Source of the DNA: Planctomycetales bacterium
GTDB taxonomy: Bacteria > Planctomycetota > UBA11346
Reading direction: 5' to 3'
DNA: 36,550 nt
NCBI GenBank assembly: GCA_025362255.1
Contig: JANYGY010000035.1
Span: 1 to 36,550, forward strand
The notes below the pieces were generated by a model, which saw only the letters and a program-made list of their open reading frames with translations, was not told the origin of the DNA and searched no databases. This document shows, piece after piece, positions 16,229 through 25,375 of this stretch (position 1 is its first letter; each line of letters starts with the position of its first letter). The position numbers were made by a program, and so were the translations under genes.

Positions 16229-18802
16229 GTGACGATCCTCGCGACCATCGCTTGGCGTTCACAGCGCCAGCATCCGTGGCTGGCGGCGTTGGCGATTCTC
16301 GGCATCGCGCTGGGGGTGGCGGTGGCGACGGCCATCGCGCTGGCCAACGCGGCAGCGCGTCACGCGTTTGCCGAATCGATCACCGGCATCGTCGGCAATG
16401 CCAGCCATCAGGTGGTCGCCGGCAGCGCCGGCGTGCCCGAGGGCGCGTACGCCGCGATCCGCGCTGCGGCCCTCGCCCACGGCGGCGCGGCAGCGCCGGT
16501 GGTCGAGGCCGAAGTCGCGCTCATCGACCGCCCGGGACGCACGCTGCGGCTGTTCGGCATCGATCCATTTGCGGAAGCTCCGTTTCGCGCCAGCACCAGT
16601 GCGGTGCAGCGCGACCGCGCTTTTCCGCTCGCCCGGCTGCTGACCGAGCCGGGGGCGATCGTGGTCAGTCAACCCACGGCCGAGGCATTGGGCCTGTCGG
16701 ATAAAATCCGCATCCGCCACGGTACGACGATTCGCGAGCTGACCCTGATCGCCACCGTCCCCGACGACGGCAACGCGCTGAACCGCAGCGCCACGATTGC
16801 GGTCTGCGATGTGAGCACCGCGCAGGAGATCCTCGGCCGGCTTGGAGTGCTGGACCGCATCGATCTGATACTGCCCGACGGCGAGGCGCTTTCTGCTGTT
16901 ACAACAGCGTTGCCCAGCGGCGCCGAAATCGTGCCCGCAGCGCGTCGGGGCGACAGCTTGCGCCAACTCACCGAGGCCTTTCACACCAACCTCAGCGCCC
17001 TGGGGTTGATCGCATTAGTGGTCGGCATGTTCCTGATCGCCAACACTGCGAGTTTTGCCGTCGTCCGCCGCCGCGAACTGTTCTCGCGCCTGCGCGCGCA
17101 CGGCGCGACGCCCGGCCAGATCCTGGCGCTGGTCCTCGGCGAAGCGCTGGTTGCCGGCATCTTCGCGGCCGTGCTCGGCGTGGCTCTCGGGATCGCTCTG
17201 GCGCATTTCCTGCTGCGGTTGGTGACCCGCACGATCGGCGATCTCTACGCCGTGATTGGCCCGGCAACGATCAGTATCGATCGCAGCATCGTGCTCCAGG
17301 GTCTCGCCCTGGGCATCCTCGCGACGTTGCTGGCGGCGTTGTGGCCGGCGCTCGATGCTGCGCGCAGTGCGCCACGCCTGGGCTTGCTGCGCACCGTGCC
17401 CGAACGCGCGTGGCGGCGATCGCTGCCGTGGTTGGCGCTCGGCGGCGGTGGCCTGCTCGCGCTCTGCGGGGCCGTGCTCGTCGGATTGCCGCCGACCATC
17501 ACCTGGGGTTTCGTCGGTCTGGGTTGTGGTCTGATCGGCGCCGCGCTGCTGGTGCCGGTGCTGCTTTTGCCGGTGGTCAGCGGCCTTGCGTGGCTCGCCG
17601 GAATCCTCGCGCTCGGGCGTCATCCGCTGGTGACGCTCGCCAGTCGGGCGGTTGGCGCCAATTTGTCACGCACCGGCATCGCGGTCGCGGCGCTGAGCGT
17701 CGCCTGCGCTGCGGCCCTGGGCATGACCTTGATGGTTGGCTCATTCCGCTTGGCGCTCGACACGTGGTTGGCCACGACCTTGTCGGCCGATGTCTATATT
17801 TCAGCGCCTCGCCTGGTCGCCGCACGGGTGGGCGCGCAACCGCTTGAACCGACTTTGACGGCCCGGCTTCTGGCGGTGCCGGGTATCGCTGCGGTGTTGC
17901 CTAAACGCGACGCCGTGGTCAGCGTCACATTCCCTGATGGCACGTCCGATGACGTGGACATGGCGGCATTCGAGCCGCTGCCCGACAGCCGGGATGCCTT
18001 CGTCGCGCGCCCGGCGTTCGCGTCGCCGGCCGCGCGCGAGGCAGCGTGGACCGCCTTCACCGGCGGCGCGCTGTTCGTCACCGAGCCTTTCGCCACGCAC
18101 CGCGCGGTGAAAGCCGGCGATCACCTGATCGTCCACACGCCAACCGGCGACCAACGCCTGACGATCGCCGCGGTGCTGGTCGATTACAGCAGCGACCAAG
18201 GTGCCGTGTATCTGCACCGCGAGCGGTACCGCGCGTGGTTTTCCGATGACGGAATCACGGCTCTCGCCCTCACTGCCGCACCGGGGGTCGAGGTCGAAGA
18301 TTTGTGCGCGCGCCTGCGCCTGGCCGCTGGCGATGCACCGTTGTCGATCACCTCGAGCCGCGCTTTGAAGACCGCGTCGATGACGGTGTTCGATCGCACA
18401 TTCGCGATCACCGCAGTGATTCGCTGGTTGGCCGCGGGGGTCGCGGTGCTCGGCTTGATCGCAGCCTTGGCGGCCGTGCAGTTCGAGCGCGCACGCACCA
18501 CCGCGCGGCTACGGGCAGCAGGCGTCACCCCGCGGGAGGTTATCGCCTTGGCGGTCATCGAATGCCTGTTCACCGGCCTGGCGGCGGGCCTGTTGGCGAT
18601 CCCCATCGGGGTCGCTCTCGCGGCGGGCCTGACCCATGTGATCAATCGCCGTTCATTCGGCTGGAGCATGGAGCTGCACACGGATCCGTGGCAGCTGGTG
18701 CTGACCGTCGCCCTTGCAGCTGGCGCCGCGATCATCGCCGGCCTGATTCCCGCCTGGCGCGCCAGCCGCCGCCCACTTGCTGAGGCACTCCATGCCGACT
18801 GA
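16229..18802 (+). CDS. ABC transporter permease with duplicated FtsX domains (YbbP/AttFG-like)
   Basis: 857 aa with two repeats of (TM, large periplasmic domain, 3-4 TM FtsX module). GTG start 8 nt after the ATPase stop. Confidence 0.85.
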   Translation: MTILATIAWRSQRQHPWLAALAILGIALGVAVATAIALANAAARHAFAESITGIVGNASHQVVAGSAGVPEGAYAAIRAAALAHGGAAAPVVEAEVALIDRPGRTLRLFGIDPFAEAPFRASTSAVQRDRAFPLARLLTEPGAIVVSQPTAEALGLSDKIRIRHGTTIRELTLIATVPDDGNALNRSATIAVCDVSTAQEILGRLGVLDRIDLILPDGEALSAVTTALPSGAEIVPAARRGDSLRQLTEAFHTNLSALGLIALVVGMFLIANTASFAVVRRRELFSRLRAHGATPGQILALVLGEALVAGIFAAVLGVALGIALAHFLLRLVTRTIGDLYAVIGPATISIDRSIVLQGLALGILATLLAALWPALDAARSAPRLGLLRTVPERAWRRSLPWLALGGGGLLALCGAVLVGLPPTITWGFVGLGCGLIGAALLVPVLLLPVVSGLAWLAGILALGRHPLVTLASRAVGANLSRTGIAVAALSVACAAALGMTLMVGSFRLALDTWLATTLSADVYISAPRLVAARVGAQPLEPTLTARLLAVPGIAAVLPKRDAVVSVTFPDGTSDDVDMAAFEPLPDSRDAFVARPAFASPAAREAAWTAFTGGALFVTEPFATHRAVKAGDHLIVHTPTGDQRLTIAAVLVDYSSDQGAVYLHRERYRAWFSDDGITALALTAAPGVEVEDLCARLRLAAGDAPLSITSSRALKTASMTVFDRTFAITAVIRWLAAGVAVLGLIAALAAVQFERARTTARLRAAGVTPREVIALAVIECLFTGLAAGLLAIPIGVALAAGLTHVINRRSFGWSMELHTDPWQLVLTVALAAGAAIIAGLIPAWRASRRPLAEALHAD

Positions 18803-19937
18803 ATTTTCGCTGAGAAATGTGCTGGTGACGTTCGGGTGCTTCTGCGTGGTGGGCGTGATCCTGGGCGGATGCTTCGACTCTGCGGCGCAAGTTTCTGCGG
18901 AAAAAACCGGAGATAAGCCGATCCAGATTGGGCAACTGCTCTCGGATCCACTGGTCGCCGATCCACGGGTCGCCGGCTATGCCAGAGCCACCGTCGCGCC
19001 GACGTTCTCGTTTCCTGCCGATCACGGACCGCACTCCGATTATCGCACCGAGTGGTGGTATTGGACGGGCAACGTCACCACCGCCGACGGCCGCGCCTTC
19101 GGTTATCAGTTTACGGTTTTCCGCTTCGCGATGGCGCCGACCACGGTGCCCCGCGCGTCGGCCTGGGCGACTCGCGACACGTGGTTGGCGCACCTCGCGA
19201 TCACTGATGTCGACGGCCAGAAATTCTATGCCTTCGAGCGCTCGGCGCGTGGCGCAGGCGGGCTTGCCGGCGCGCAGGGCGATCCCTTCCGCGTGCACTG
19301 CGAGGGTTGGCAGGTCAGCGGCACTCCCATGCGGATCCAAGCCGACGCCGGCGGCGTTGCTCTCGATTTGACGATGCAGGCCGGAAAACCAGTGGTGCTG
19401 CAGGGCGATCAGGGCCTCAGCCGCAAAGGCGCCGAGCCGGGCAACGCAAGTTTGTATTACAGCCTGACCCGCATGCCGACCACCGGCACGATCCGGATCG
19501 GTGAGCGGCGGCACGACGTCTCAGGAACCAGCTGGATGGACCGCGAATGGTCGACCAGTGCCCTCGAAGCCGGCGTCGTCGGCTGGGACTGGTTCGCCCT
19601 CCAACTCGCCGATGGCCGCGAGGTGATGTTCTATCGATTGCGCCGAGCTGACGGCACCGCCACCAATTTCAGCGGTGGCACTTTGATCGCGAGTGATGGC
19701 TCCGTCACCCGGCTCAGCGCCGCGGAAGTCACGCTGACGTCGACCGCGACGTGGACCAGCCGCACCGGCACCAAGTATCCAGCAGCCTGGCATCTGCGCG
19801 CTGCCGATCTCGAACTCGACATCACGCCGCGTCTGCCTGACCAGGAACTCGATCTCGCGGTGCGCTATTGGGAAGGCGCGGTGGTGGTGAGCGGATCGCA
19901 GAGGGGGGTCGGCTACGTCGAGCTGGCAGGTTACTGA
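18792..19937 (+). CDS. AttH / CrtC (carotenoid 1,2-hydratase)-like lipocalin-fold lipoprotein
   Basis: Motif FSFPADHGPHSDYRTEWWYWTGNV...GYQFTVFR is the CrtC/AttH N-terminal signature. Lipobox-like VILGGC. I prefer ATG 18792 to the TTG at 18777. Overlaps the permease stop by 11 nt. Confidence 0.7.
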   Translation: MPTEFSLRNVLVTFGCFCVVGVILGGCFDSAAQVSAEKTGDKPIQIGQLLSDPLVADPRVAGYARATVAPTFSFPADHGPHSDYRTEWWYWTGNVTTADGRAFGYQFTVFRFAMAPTTVPRASAWATRDTWLAHLAITDVDGQKFYAFERSARGAGGLAGAQGDPFRVHCEGWQVSGTPMRIQADAGGVALDLTMQAGKPVVLQGDQGLSRKGAEPGNASLYYSLTRMPTTGTIRIGERRHDVSGTSWMDREWSTSALEAGVVGWDWFALQLADGREVMFYRLRRADGTATNFSGGTLIASDGSVTRLSAAEVTLTSTATWTSRTGTKYPAAWHLRAADLELDITPRLPDQELDLAVRYWEGAVVVSGSQRGVGYVELAGY

Positions 19938-20005
19938 CGACTTTACTTTTTTGCCGCCAGGGTTCAGCATCCGCCCAGTCCAAAACTATCTGACCAAAGG
20001 CGCCC

Positions 20006-21211
20006 ATGTCACTTTCAGGTACCGTCATTGTAGGCCAGTCCGGCGGCCCCACCGCCGTCATCAATCAAACCCTCATCGGGGTGGTCCAGGCATGCCTCGC
20101 GCAGCCGCAGGTATTCACCAAGGTGCTTGGCGCGATTCACGGCATTCAAGGAATTCTCGACGGAAAATTTCACGATTTCGCGAATGAGACCCAGGCCAAT
20201 CTCGAGCTGGTCGCCGGCACGCCGTCGGCCGCTCTGAAGTCGGTGCGACACAAGGCGACGCCCGCGGATGGCACGCGCATCTTTGCGCGCTTCAAGGAAC
20301 TCGGCGTCAGATATTTCTTTTACATCGGCGGCAATGACACCGCCGAAACCACCAACATCATCAACGAATTGGCCCACGCTGAAGGCTATGAGCTGACGTG
20401 TTTCCACTGCCCTAAGACCATCGACAATGATTTGCGGGTGACCGATCATTGTCCCGGATTTGGCTCGGCGGCGAAATTCGTCGCCCAGGCATTCATGGGC
20501 GACAACCTCGACAATCGCTCGCTCGCCGGGATCAAGATCAACATCGTCATGGGCCGCAACGCCGGCTGGTTGACAGCAGCTTCGGTGCTCGCCCGCCAGT
20601 TTCCCGGCGATGGACCACACCTCATCTATTGTCCAGAGGTGGACTTTTCGCTCGCCGCTTTCTGCACCGATGTCGAAGCCATCTATCGCAAGCTCGGGCG
20701 GTGCGTTATCGCCGTTTCAGAAGGCATCCACGGACCCGCTGGCAAAGAGATCATTTCACTCGGCGAAGTCGACAGTCATGGGAATAAGCAGTTGTCCGGT
20801 TCGGGCGCTTTGGGCGACGCGCTTTCAGATATTTTGAAAGCCCACCTGGCCAAAACCTGGCCCGAAAAGAAGCATCGGGTACGCGCCGACACCTTCGGCT
20901 ATCTGCAACGCTGCTTCCCCGGCGTGGTCAGCGCGACCGATGCCGCCGAAGCCCGCCAAGCCGGCACTGCCGCGGTCGCCGCAGCGTTGGCCGGGGTCAC
21001 CTCCGGCTCGATCGCCTTCCGCCGTACAGCCGGGGCCGAGTACCACATCGAGACTTTTGTCACCCCGTTGCCGACCGTCGCCAAAGACACGCGACCGATG
21101 CCGCGTACTTACATCAATGCGGCCGGCAACGATGTCGTCACCGCAGAAGTGGTGCCTTACCTCGCCCCGTTGGTCGGGCCACTGCCGCCCATTGGCCAAT
21201 TGAAATTCTGA
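20006..21211 (+). CDS. pfp: phosphofructokinase, PfkA family, predicted PPi-dependent (diphosphate--fructose-6-phosphate 1-phosphotransferase)
   Basis: Motifs GQSGGPTAVIN, YIGGNDTAET, PKTIDNDL and MGRNAGWL. Asp after the GG(D/N) motif and Lys in PKTIDND are the residues associated with PPi rather than ATP use. Confidence 0.8.
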   Translation: MSLSGTVIVGQSGGPTAVINQTLIGVVQACLAQPQVFTKVLGAIHGIQGILDGKFHDFANETQANLELVAGTPSAALKSVRHKATPADGTRIFARFKELGVRYFFYIGGNDTAETTNIINELAHAEGYELTCFHCPKTIDNDLRVTDHCPGFGSAAKFVAQAFMGDNLDNRSLAGIKINIVMGRNAGWLTAASVLARQFPGDGPHLIYCPEVDFSLAAFCTDVEAIYRKLGRCVIAVSEGIHGPAGKEIISLGEVDSHGNKQLSGSGALGDALSDILKAHLAKTWPEKKHRVRADTFGYLQRCFPGVVSATDAAEARQAGTAAVAAALAGVTSGSIAFRRTAGAEYHIETFVTPLPTVAKDTRPMPRTYINAAGNDVVTAEVVPYLAPLVGPLPPIGQLKF

Positions 21212-21290
21212 GCGCGGGTCTGCAAACGCCCCCGCTGCATCAGTGGATCGGCGCTCGTGAGCACTTGTTGCGGAACACCCTCCCGCGTGC

Positions 21291-21318
21291 TTGACACCTT
21301 GGGCGTCGTTTCTATCGT
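21291..21318 (+). promoter_or_regulatory. candidate sigma70-type promoter of the tRNA-tuf unit
   Basis: TTGACA (21291-21296), 16-nt spacer, TATCGT (21313-21318), then a GC-rich discriminator CCCCGTCCC. It lies ~45 nt upstream of tRNA-Thr. Confidence 0.35.
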
Positions 21319-21363
21319 CCCCGTCCCTTCCGAAACCGGAGGGGGTGTCGTCGTCTCCTAAGC

Positions 21364-21439
21364 GCCACCTTAGCTCAGCTGGTAGAGCTACGGTTTTGTA
21401 AACCGTGGGTCGCCGGTTCGAGTCCGGCAGGTGGCTCCA
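21364..21439 (+). tRNA. tRNA-Thr (anticodon UGU), CCA encoded
   Basis: Hand-folded cloverleaf: acceptor GCCACCT/AGGTGGC, D arm GCTC..GAGC, anticodon arm ACGGT-TTTGTAA-ACCGT, T arm GCCGG-TTCGAGT-CCGGC. 76 nt. Confidence 0.9.
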
Positions 21440-21515
21440 AGTCGGCACCTGTTGTCGCAACGCTCTTTATACATTTCGAGATTGTCGAGCGCTGGTGCTT
21501 GGGTCGGGTTCCTTG

Positions 21516-21602
21516 GGGTAGATACCGAAGTGGACAAACGGGGCAGACTGTAAATCTGCTGTCTTTACGACTTCGAAGGTTCGAATCCTTCTCTGCCCAC
21601 CA
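21516..21602 (+). tRNA. tRNA-Tyr (anticodon GUA), long variable arm, CCA encoded
   Basis: Acceptor GGGTAGA/TCTGCCC (one G-U), anticodon arm GCAGA-CTGTAAA-TCTGC, variable arm with GTC..GAC stem, T arm GAAGG-TTCGAAT-CCTTC. 87 nt. Confidence 0.85.
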
Positions 21603-21685
21603 TCCCCGTCCTGACCTAGCGGCTCACCCCGCCAAGGCCATCATGCGGGCCCTGCGCGCCAAAGACGTGCAATCGCACTAAAAAC

Positions 21686-21759
21686 GCGGGTGTAGCTCAA
21701 TGGTAGAGCGGCAGCCTTCCAAGCTGCATGTGAGGGTTCGATTCCCTTCACCCGCTCCA
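21686..21759 (+). tRNA. tRNA-Gly (anticodon UCC), CCA encoded
   Basis: Acceptor GCGGGTG/CACCCGC, anticodon arm GCAGC-CTTCCAA-GCTGC, T arm GAGGG-TTCGATT-CCCTT. 74 nt. Confidence 0.9.
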
Positions 21760-21803
21760 CAGTCGGTCGCTTGTCATCATCCTCCCTGGACGGGCGGTTC
21801 GAT

Positions 21804-21879
<76 letters not shown>

Positions 21880-21943
21880 ATCTCCTCCCGCACCCAGATC
21901 AACCGTCGCCACAATCAGGTGGTGCAATCGCTCGGAGCCGCTC

Positions 21944-23146
21944 ATGGCCAAAGAGAAATTCGTTCGCAACAAGCCGCACGTGAACGTCGGCACCATCGGT
22001 CACATCGACCATGGCAAGTCCACCCTCACTGCCGCGCTCGTGAATGTGTCGGCTCTTCGTGGTCTCGCTGAAAAGCGCAGCTACGCTGAAATCACGAAGG
22101 GCGGAACCGTCCGTGACGCGAATAAAACCGTCACGATCTCGGCCTCGCACGTCGAGTATTCCAGCGAAAAGCGCCATTACGCGCACGTCGACTGCCCCGG
22201 ACACGCCGACTTCGTCAAGAACATGATCACCGGCGCCGCGCAGATGGACGGCGCGATCCTGGTCGTGTCCGCTGGCGACGGTCCGATGCCCCAGACGAAA
22301 GAGCACGTTCTGCTCGCTCGTCAGGTCGGCGTCGAACACATCGTCGTCTTCCTGAACAAGGTCGACCTCGTTGACGATCCGGATCTTCTCGGCCTGGTCG
22401 AAGAAGAAATCCGCGACCTGCTCAAGAAGTACGGCTTCCCCGGCGACAAGACCCCCGTGATCCACGGTCGGGCCGATCTCGCCAAGGATGCCACCAATAA
22501 GGACGATGCGGCCTGCAAGCCGATCACCGACCTGTTGGACGCGATCGATACCTTCATCCCTGAGCCTGTCCGCGAAGCCGATAAGCCGTTCCTCCTGCCG
22601 GTCGAAGACGTGTTCTCGATCTCGGGTCGTGGTACGGTCGCTACCGGTCGCGTCGAACGCGGCACGGCCAAGATCGGTGATCCGGTCGAAATCATCGGCC
22701 TGCGCGAAGAATCGATGACCTCGGTCATCACCGGCATCGAAATGTTCCGCAAAGAGATGGAATCGACCATCGCTGGCGACAACTGCGGCCTGCTGCTGCG
22801 CGGTGTCGACAAGGAAGCCATCGAACGTGGCATGGTCATCGTGAAGCCGAAGTCGGTCAGCACCCATCTCAAGTTCGAGTGCGAAGTCTACATTCTGAAA
22901 GCTGATGAAGGCGGTCGCAAGACGCCGTTCGTCAAGGGTTATCGCCCTCAGTTCTACTTCCGGACGACCGACGTCACCGGTTCAGTCGAACTGCCTGCGG
23001 ACAAGGAAATCGTGATGCCTGGCGACAACGTCAAGCTCACCGTCACCCTGATCTGCAAGATCGCGATGGAAGAGAAGCTGCGCTTCGCCATCCGCGAAGG
23101 CGGCCATACGGTCGGCTCCGGCGTCGTAACCAAGATCCTCCAGTGA
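21944..23146 (+). CDS. tuf: translation elongation factor Tu
   Basis: 400 aa with [41 protein letters not shown] and the C-terminal [15 protein letters not shown]. Canonical position after the Thr-Tyr-Gly-Thr tRNA set. Confidence 0.97.
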   Translation: MAKEKFVRNKPHVNVGTIGHIDHGKSTLTAALVNVSALRGLAEKRSYAEITKGGTVRDANKTVTISASHVEYSSEKRHYAHVDCPGHADFVKNMITGAAQMDGAILVVSAGDGPMPQTKEHVLLARQVGVEHIVVFLNKVDLVDDPDLLGLVEEEIRDLLKKYGFPGDKTPVIHGRADLAKDATNKDDAACKPITDLLDAIDTFIPEPVREADKPFLLPVEDVFSISGRGTVATGRVERGTAKIGDPVEIIGLREESMTSVITGIEMFRKEMESTIAGDNCGLLLRGVDKEAIERGMVIVKPKSVSTHLKFECEVYILKADEGGRKTPFVKGYRPQFYFRTTDVTGSVELPADKEIVMPGDNVKLTVTLICKIAMEEKLRFAIREGGHTVGSGVVTKILQ

Positions 23147-23159
23147 TCTGAGCGGAGGG

Positions 23160-23192
23160 ACCGGCCCTGGGCACCACCCGGGGCCGGTTTTT
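23160..23192 (+). terminator. intrinsic terminator downstream of tuf
   Basis: 12-bp GC-rich stem ACCGGCCCTGGG / CCCGGGGCCGGT (one G-U) with 5-nt loop CACCA, followed directly by a T run (TTTTT). Starts 14 nt after the tuf stop. Confidence 0.75.
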
Positions 23193-23256
23193 CCGTATCT
23201 GGAATCTGCTTCAGTCCGTTTTTGATTGCTTCAACTGTTTGTGAAGGGAATGCCCA

Positions 23257-23418
23257 ATGGCAAAAGATAAGCGCGAGTACGTCATGATGGTTTGCTCAGA
23301 ATCGGGCGACATCAACTATTTCACCAGCCGGGCGAAGACCTCGCCCAAACTGGAACTGAAGAAGTACAACCCGAAGCTGCGCAAGCATACCTTGCACAAA
23401 GAGAAAAAGCGTAAGTAA
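23257..23418 (+). CDS. rpmG: 50S ribosomal protein L33
   Basis: Not in the supplied track (53 aa). Hand translation gives [62 protein letters not shown] lies 8 nt upstream. Canonical rpmG-secE-nusG position. Confidence 0.9.
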   Translation: MAKDKREYVMMVCSESGDINYFTSRAKTSPKLELKKYNPKLRKHTLHKEKKRK

Positions 23419-23496
23419 GTAATTCAGCTTCGGGCAACCTTTCGACTTCGGTCCAATGGTTTGCCCGTGACTGAAGCCGGCACCTACCGGCAACAT

Positions 23497-23572
23497 ACGG
23501 GGGTAGCTCAGCTGGTAGAGCAGTGGATTCCAAATCCGCCGGTCGGGGGTTCAAATCCCTCCTCCCGTGCCA
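23497..23572 (+). tRNA. tRNA-Trp (anticodon CCA), CCA end encoded
   Basis: Acceptor ACGGGGG/CTCCCGT (one G-U), anticodon arm GTGGA-TTCCAAA-TCCGC, T arm GGGGG-TTCAAAT-CCCTC. 76 nt, in the usual position upstream of secE. Confidence 0.88.
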
Positions 23573-23704
23573 CATTCGAGCCGCGATTACCAGGTCCGGC
23601 CCCGCTCGGCACTTCGCCATGGCAATGCTATGGGGTGCCACGCGAGGCCGGACTTTTGAATTGATGACTCATCACCGCGTATCTTACCCAAGTCGGATAG
23701 CTGC

Positions 23705-24115
23705 ATGTATAAATGGCCGCAAGGACGAGTTATCCGGATCATCTCGCTGATTCTTGCAGCGGTGATCGGAGCTGATTTGGCATTCAATGGCGGTTATTCC
23801 CGCTACGAGGCCTATCGCCAAGGCGGCGAGGCGAGCACTCGTCTGCTGGCCATCGCCATCGTGTTTGCCGTACTCTCGGTGGTGGCTCTCATAAGTGCTT
23901 TTATTGCGATCGGTTTTCATAAAAAAGCCGTCGATTTCCTGATTGACGTCGAGCATGAAATGGTGCGCGTCGAATGGCCGAAGACCGATACGTTGTGGAA
24001 AAGCACCCTCGTCATCGCGGTGACGATCGTCTTGTTGTCGGCCATCATCTTCGGGATGGATGTGCTCATCCTCTGGCTGCTAGATCATCTACGTAAACTT
24101 GGAGGGCATTTCTGA
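23705..24115 (+). CDS. secE: preprotein translocase subunit SecE (three-TM form)
   Basis: C-terminal signature DFLIDVEHEMVRVEWPKTDTLWKSTLVIAVTIVLLSAIIFGMD, with two extra N-terminal TMs. Immediately precedes nusG (TGATG overlap). Confidence 0.85.
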   Translation: MYKWPQGRVIRIISLILAAVIGADLAFNGGYSRYEAYRQGGEASTRLLAIAIVFAVLSVVALISAFIAIGFHKKAVDFLIDVEHEMVRVEWPKTDTLWKSTLVIAVTIVLLSAIIFGMDVLILWLLDHLRKLGGHF

Positions 24116-24657
24116 TGCGTTGGTACGTTCTTAAGGCCGTCTCAGGTCGCGAGACCGGTTGCCGTGATCAAATCGTCGTCCAACTTCGGGTGAAGAAACT
24201 CGAGTCGTTCGTCGGCCAGATGCTTATTCCCGCCGAACGCATCACGGAACTGAAGCGCGGCAAAAAGGTCACCACCGAGAGAAAATTGTATCCGGGATAC
24301 GTCTATGTTGAGATGGAACTCAACAATGATGTGCTGGAGACGATCAACGACGTCGATGGCATCACCGGTTTCCTCGGCGCCGATCCGCGTAATCCCGATC
24401 CCCTGACGGCTGATGAAGCCGAGCGCATCATCCGTATCGCCACCGCTGCCACAGCCGACGACCAGCGCAAGGAACTCGTCCAAGTTCCTTATAAGCTCGA
24501 CGATCGGGTGAAGGTCAAAGAAGGTACGTTCGCTGGCATGGAGGGCGTCGTTGGCGAAATCAATGCCAGCAAAGGCATCCTCAAAGTCCTCATCACGGTG
24601 TTCGGCCGCCAGACACCCGTCGAGTTGGAAGTCTGGCAAGTGGAACAGGCCATCTGA
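24115..24657 (+). CDS. nusG: transcription termination/antitermination factor NusG
   Basis: MRWYVLKAVSGRE, ...PGYVYVEM..., and KOW motif VKVKEGTFAGMEGVVGEI. GGAGGG RBS 8 nt upstream. Confidence 0.95.
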   Translation: MRWYVLKAVSGRETGCRDQIVVQLRVKKLESFVGQMLIPAERITELKRGKKVTTERKLYPGYVYVEMELNNDVLETINDVDGITGFLGADPRNPDPLTADEAERIIRIATAATADDQRKELVQVPYKLDDRVKVKEGTFAGMEGVVGEINASKGILKVLITVFGRQTPVELEVWQVEQAI

Positions 24658-24881
24658 TTTTGTACGCGCATCTCCGGTCCGTATGGGACGGGGATAGACG
24701 TCACCAGTCTCGTCCTTGCCGACTCTGGCTTCAGTTCTGACCGATACGGTGTCAGCACATCAGTGGCACTGATCAAACGTTCGCTAACTCTGCTCTTGCA
24801 ATCCCCATCTGGGGCACATCCTTCCCGCCCCGCTTTTCCGACGGCGCTCGCGTCGTCCTTGTTGAGAGAATTGAGACCGTC

Positions 24882-25313
24882 ATGGCCAAGGCCAAGGAAA
24901 TTATCGGCACGATCAACCTGGTGATCCCTGGCGGCGGTGCTACCCCAGCGCCACCAGTGGGTCCCGCGCTCGGCGCCAAGGGCGTCAACATCGCGTCCTT
25001 CGTCAAGCAGTTCAATGATGCGACGGCCAAGCTGAAGGGTGAGATCATCCCCGTCGTCATCTCGGTCTACAAAGACAAGACCTTCAGCTTCATCCTCAAG
25101 CAGCCCCCGGTTTCGGCCCAGATCCGCAAAGCGGCCAAACTCGAGAAGGGGGCCGGTAATGCTGGTCCGCTGACCTCGATCGCCCAGATCACCGAGGCCG
25201 ACGTCCGCGTCATCGCAGAGAAGAAGATCGCCGAAATGACCGCTGGCTCGATCGAGGCTGCGATGCGTTCGGTTCGCGGCACGGCGCGCTCGATGGGCGT
25301 CACCGTCAAGTAA
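24882..25313 (+). CDS. rplK: 50S ribosomal protein L11
   Basis: The sequence INLVIPGGGATPAPPVGPALGAKGVNIASFVKQFNDAT is the L11 N-terminal domain signature. Confidence 0.97.
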   Translation: MAKAKEIIGTINLVIPGGGATPAPPVGPALGAKGVNIASFVKQFNDATAKLKGEIIPVVISVYKDKTFSFILKQPPVSAQIRKAAKLEKGAGNAGPLTSIAQITEADVRVIAEKKIAEMTAGSIEAAMRSVRGTARSMGVTVK

Positions 25314-25375
25314 GTCTAGACTCGGAAATCACCCGCAGGAGGCCGTGTCCCGGCCGCTCGCACTACGGAGAACAC

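Noticed and set aside
20825-21460. 211-aa minus-strand ORF
   Set aside because: Spans the 3' end of pfp, the promoter region and tRNA-Thr. It is incompatible with those better-supported features.
21899-22867. 322-aa and 183-aa minus-strand ORFs across tuf
   Set aside because: Antisense to EF-Tu, whose coding frame is unambiguous. The composition is Asp/Gly/Arg-rich mirror sequence.
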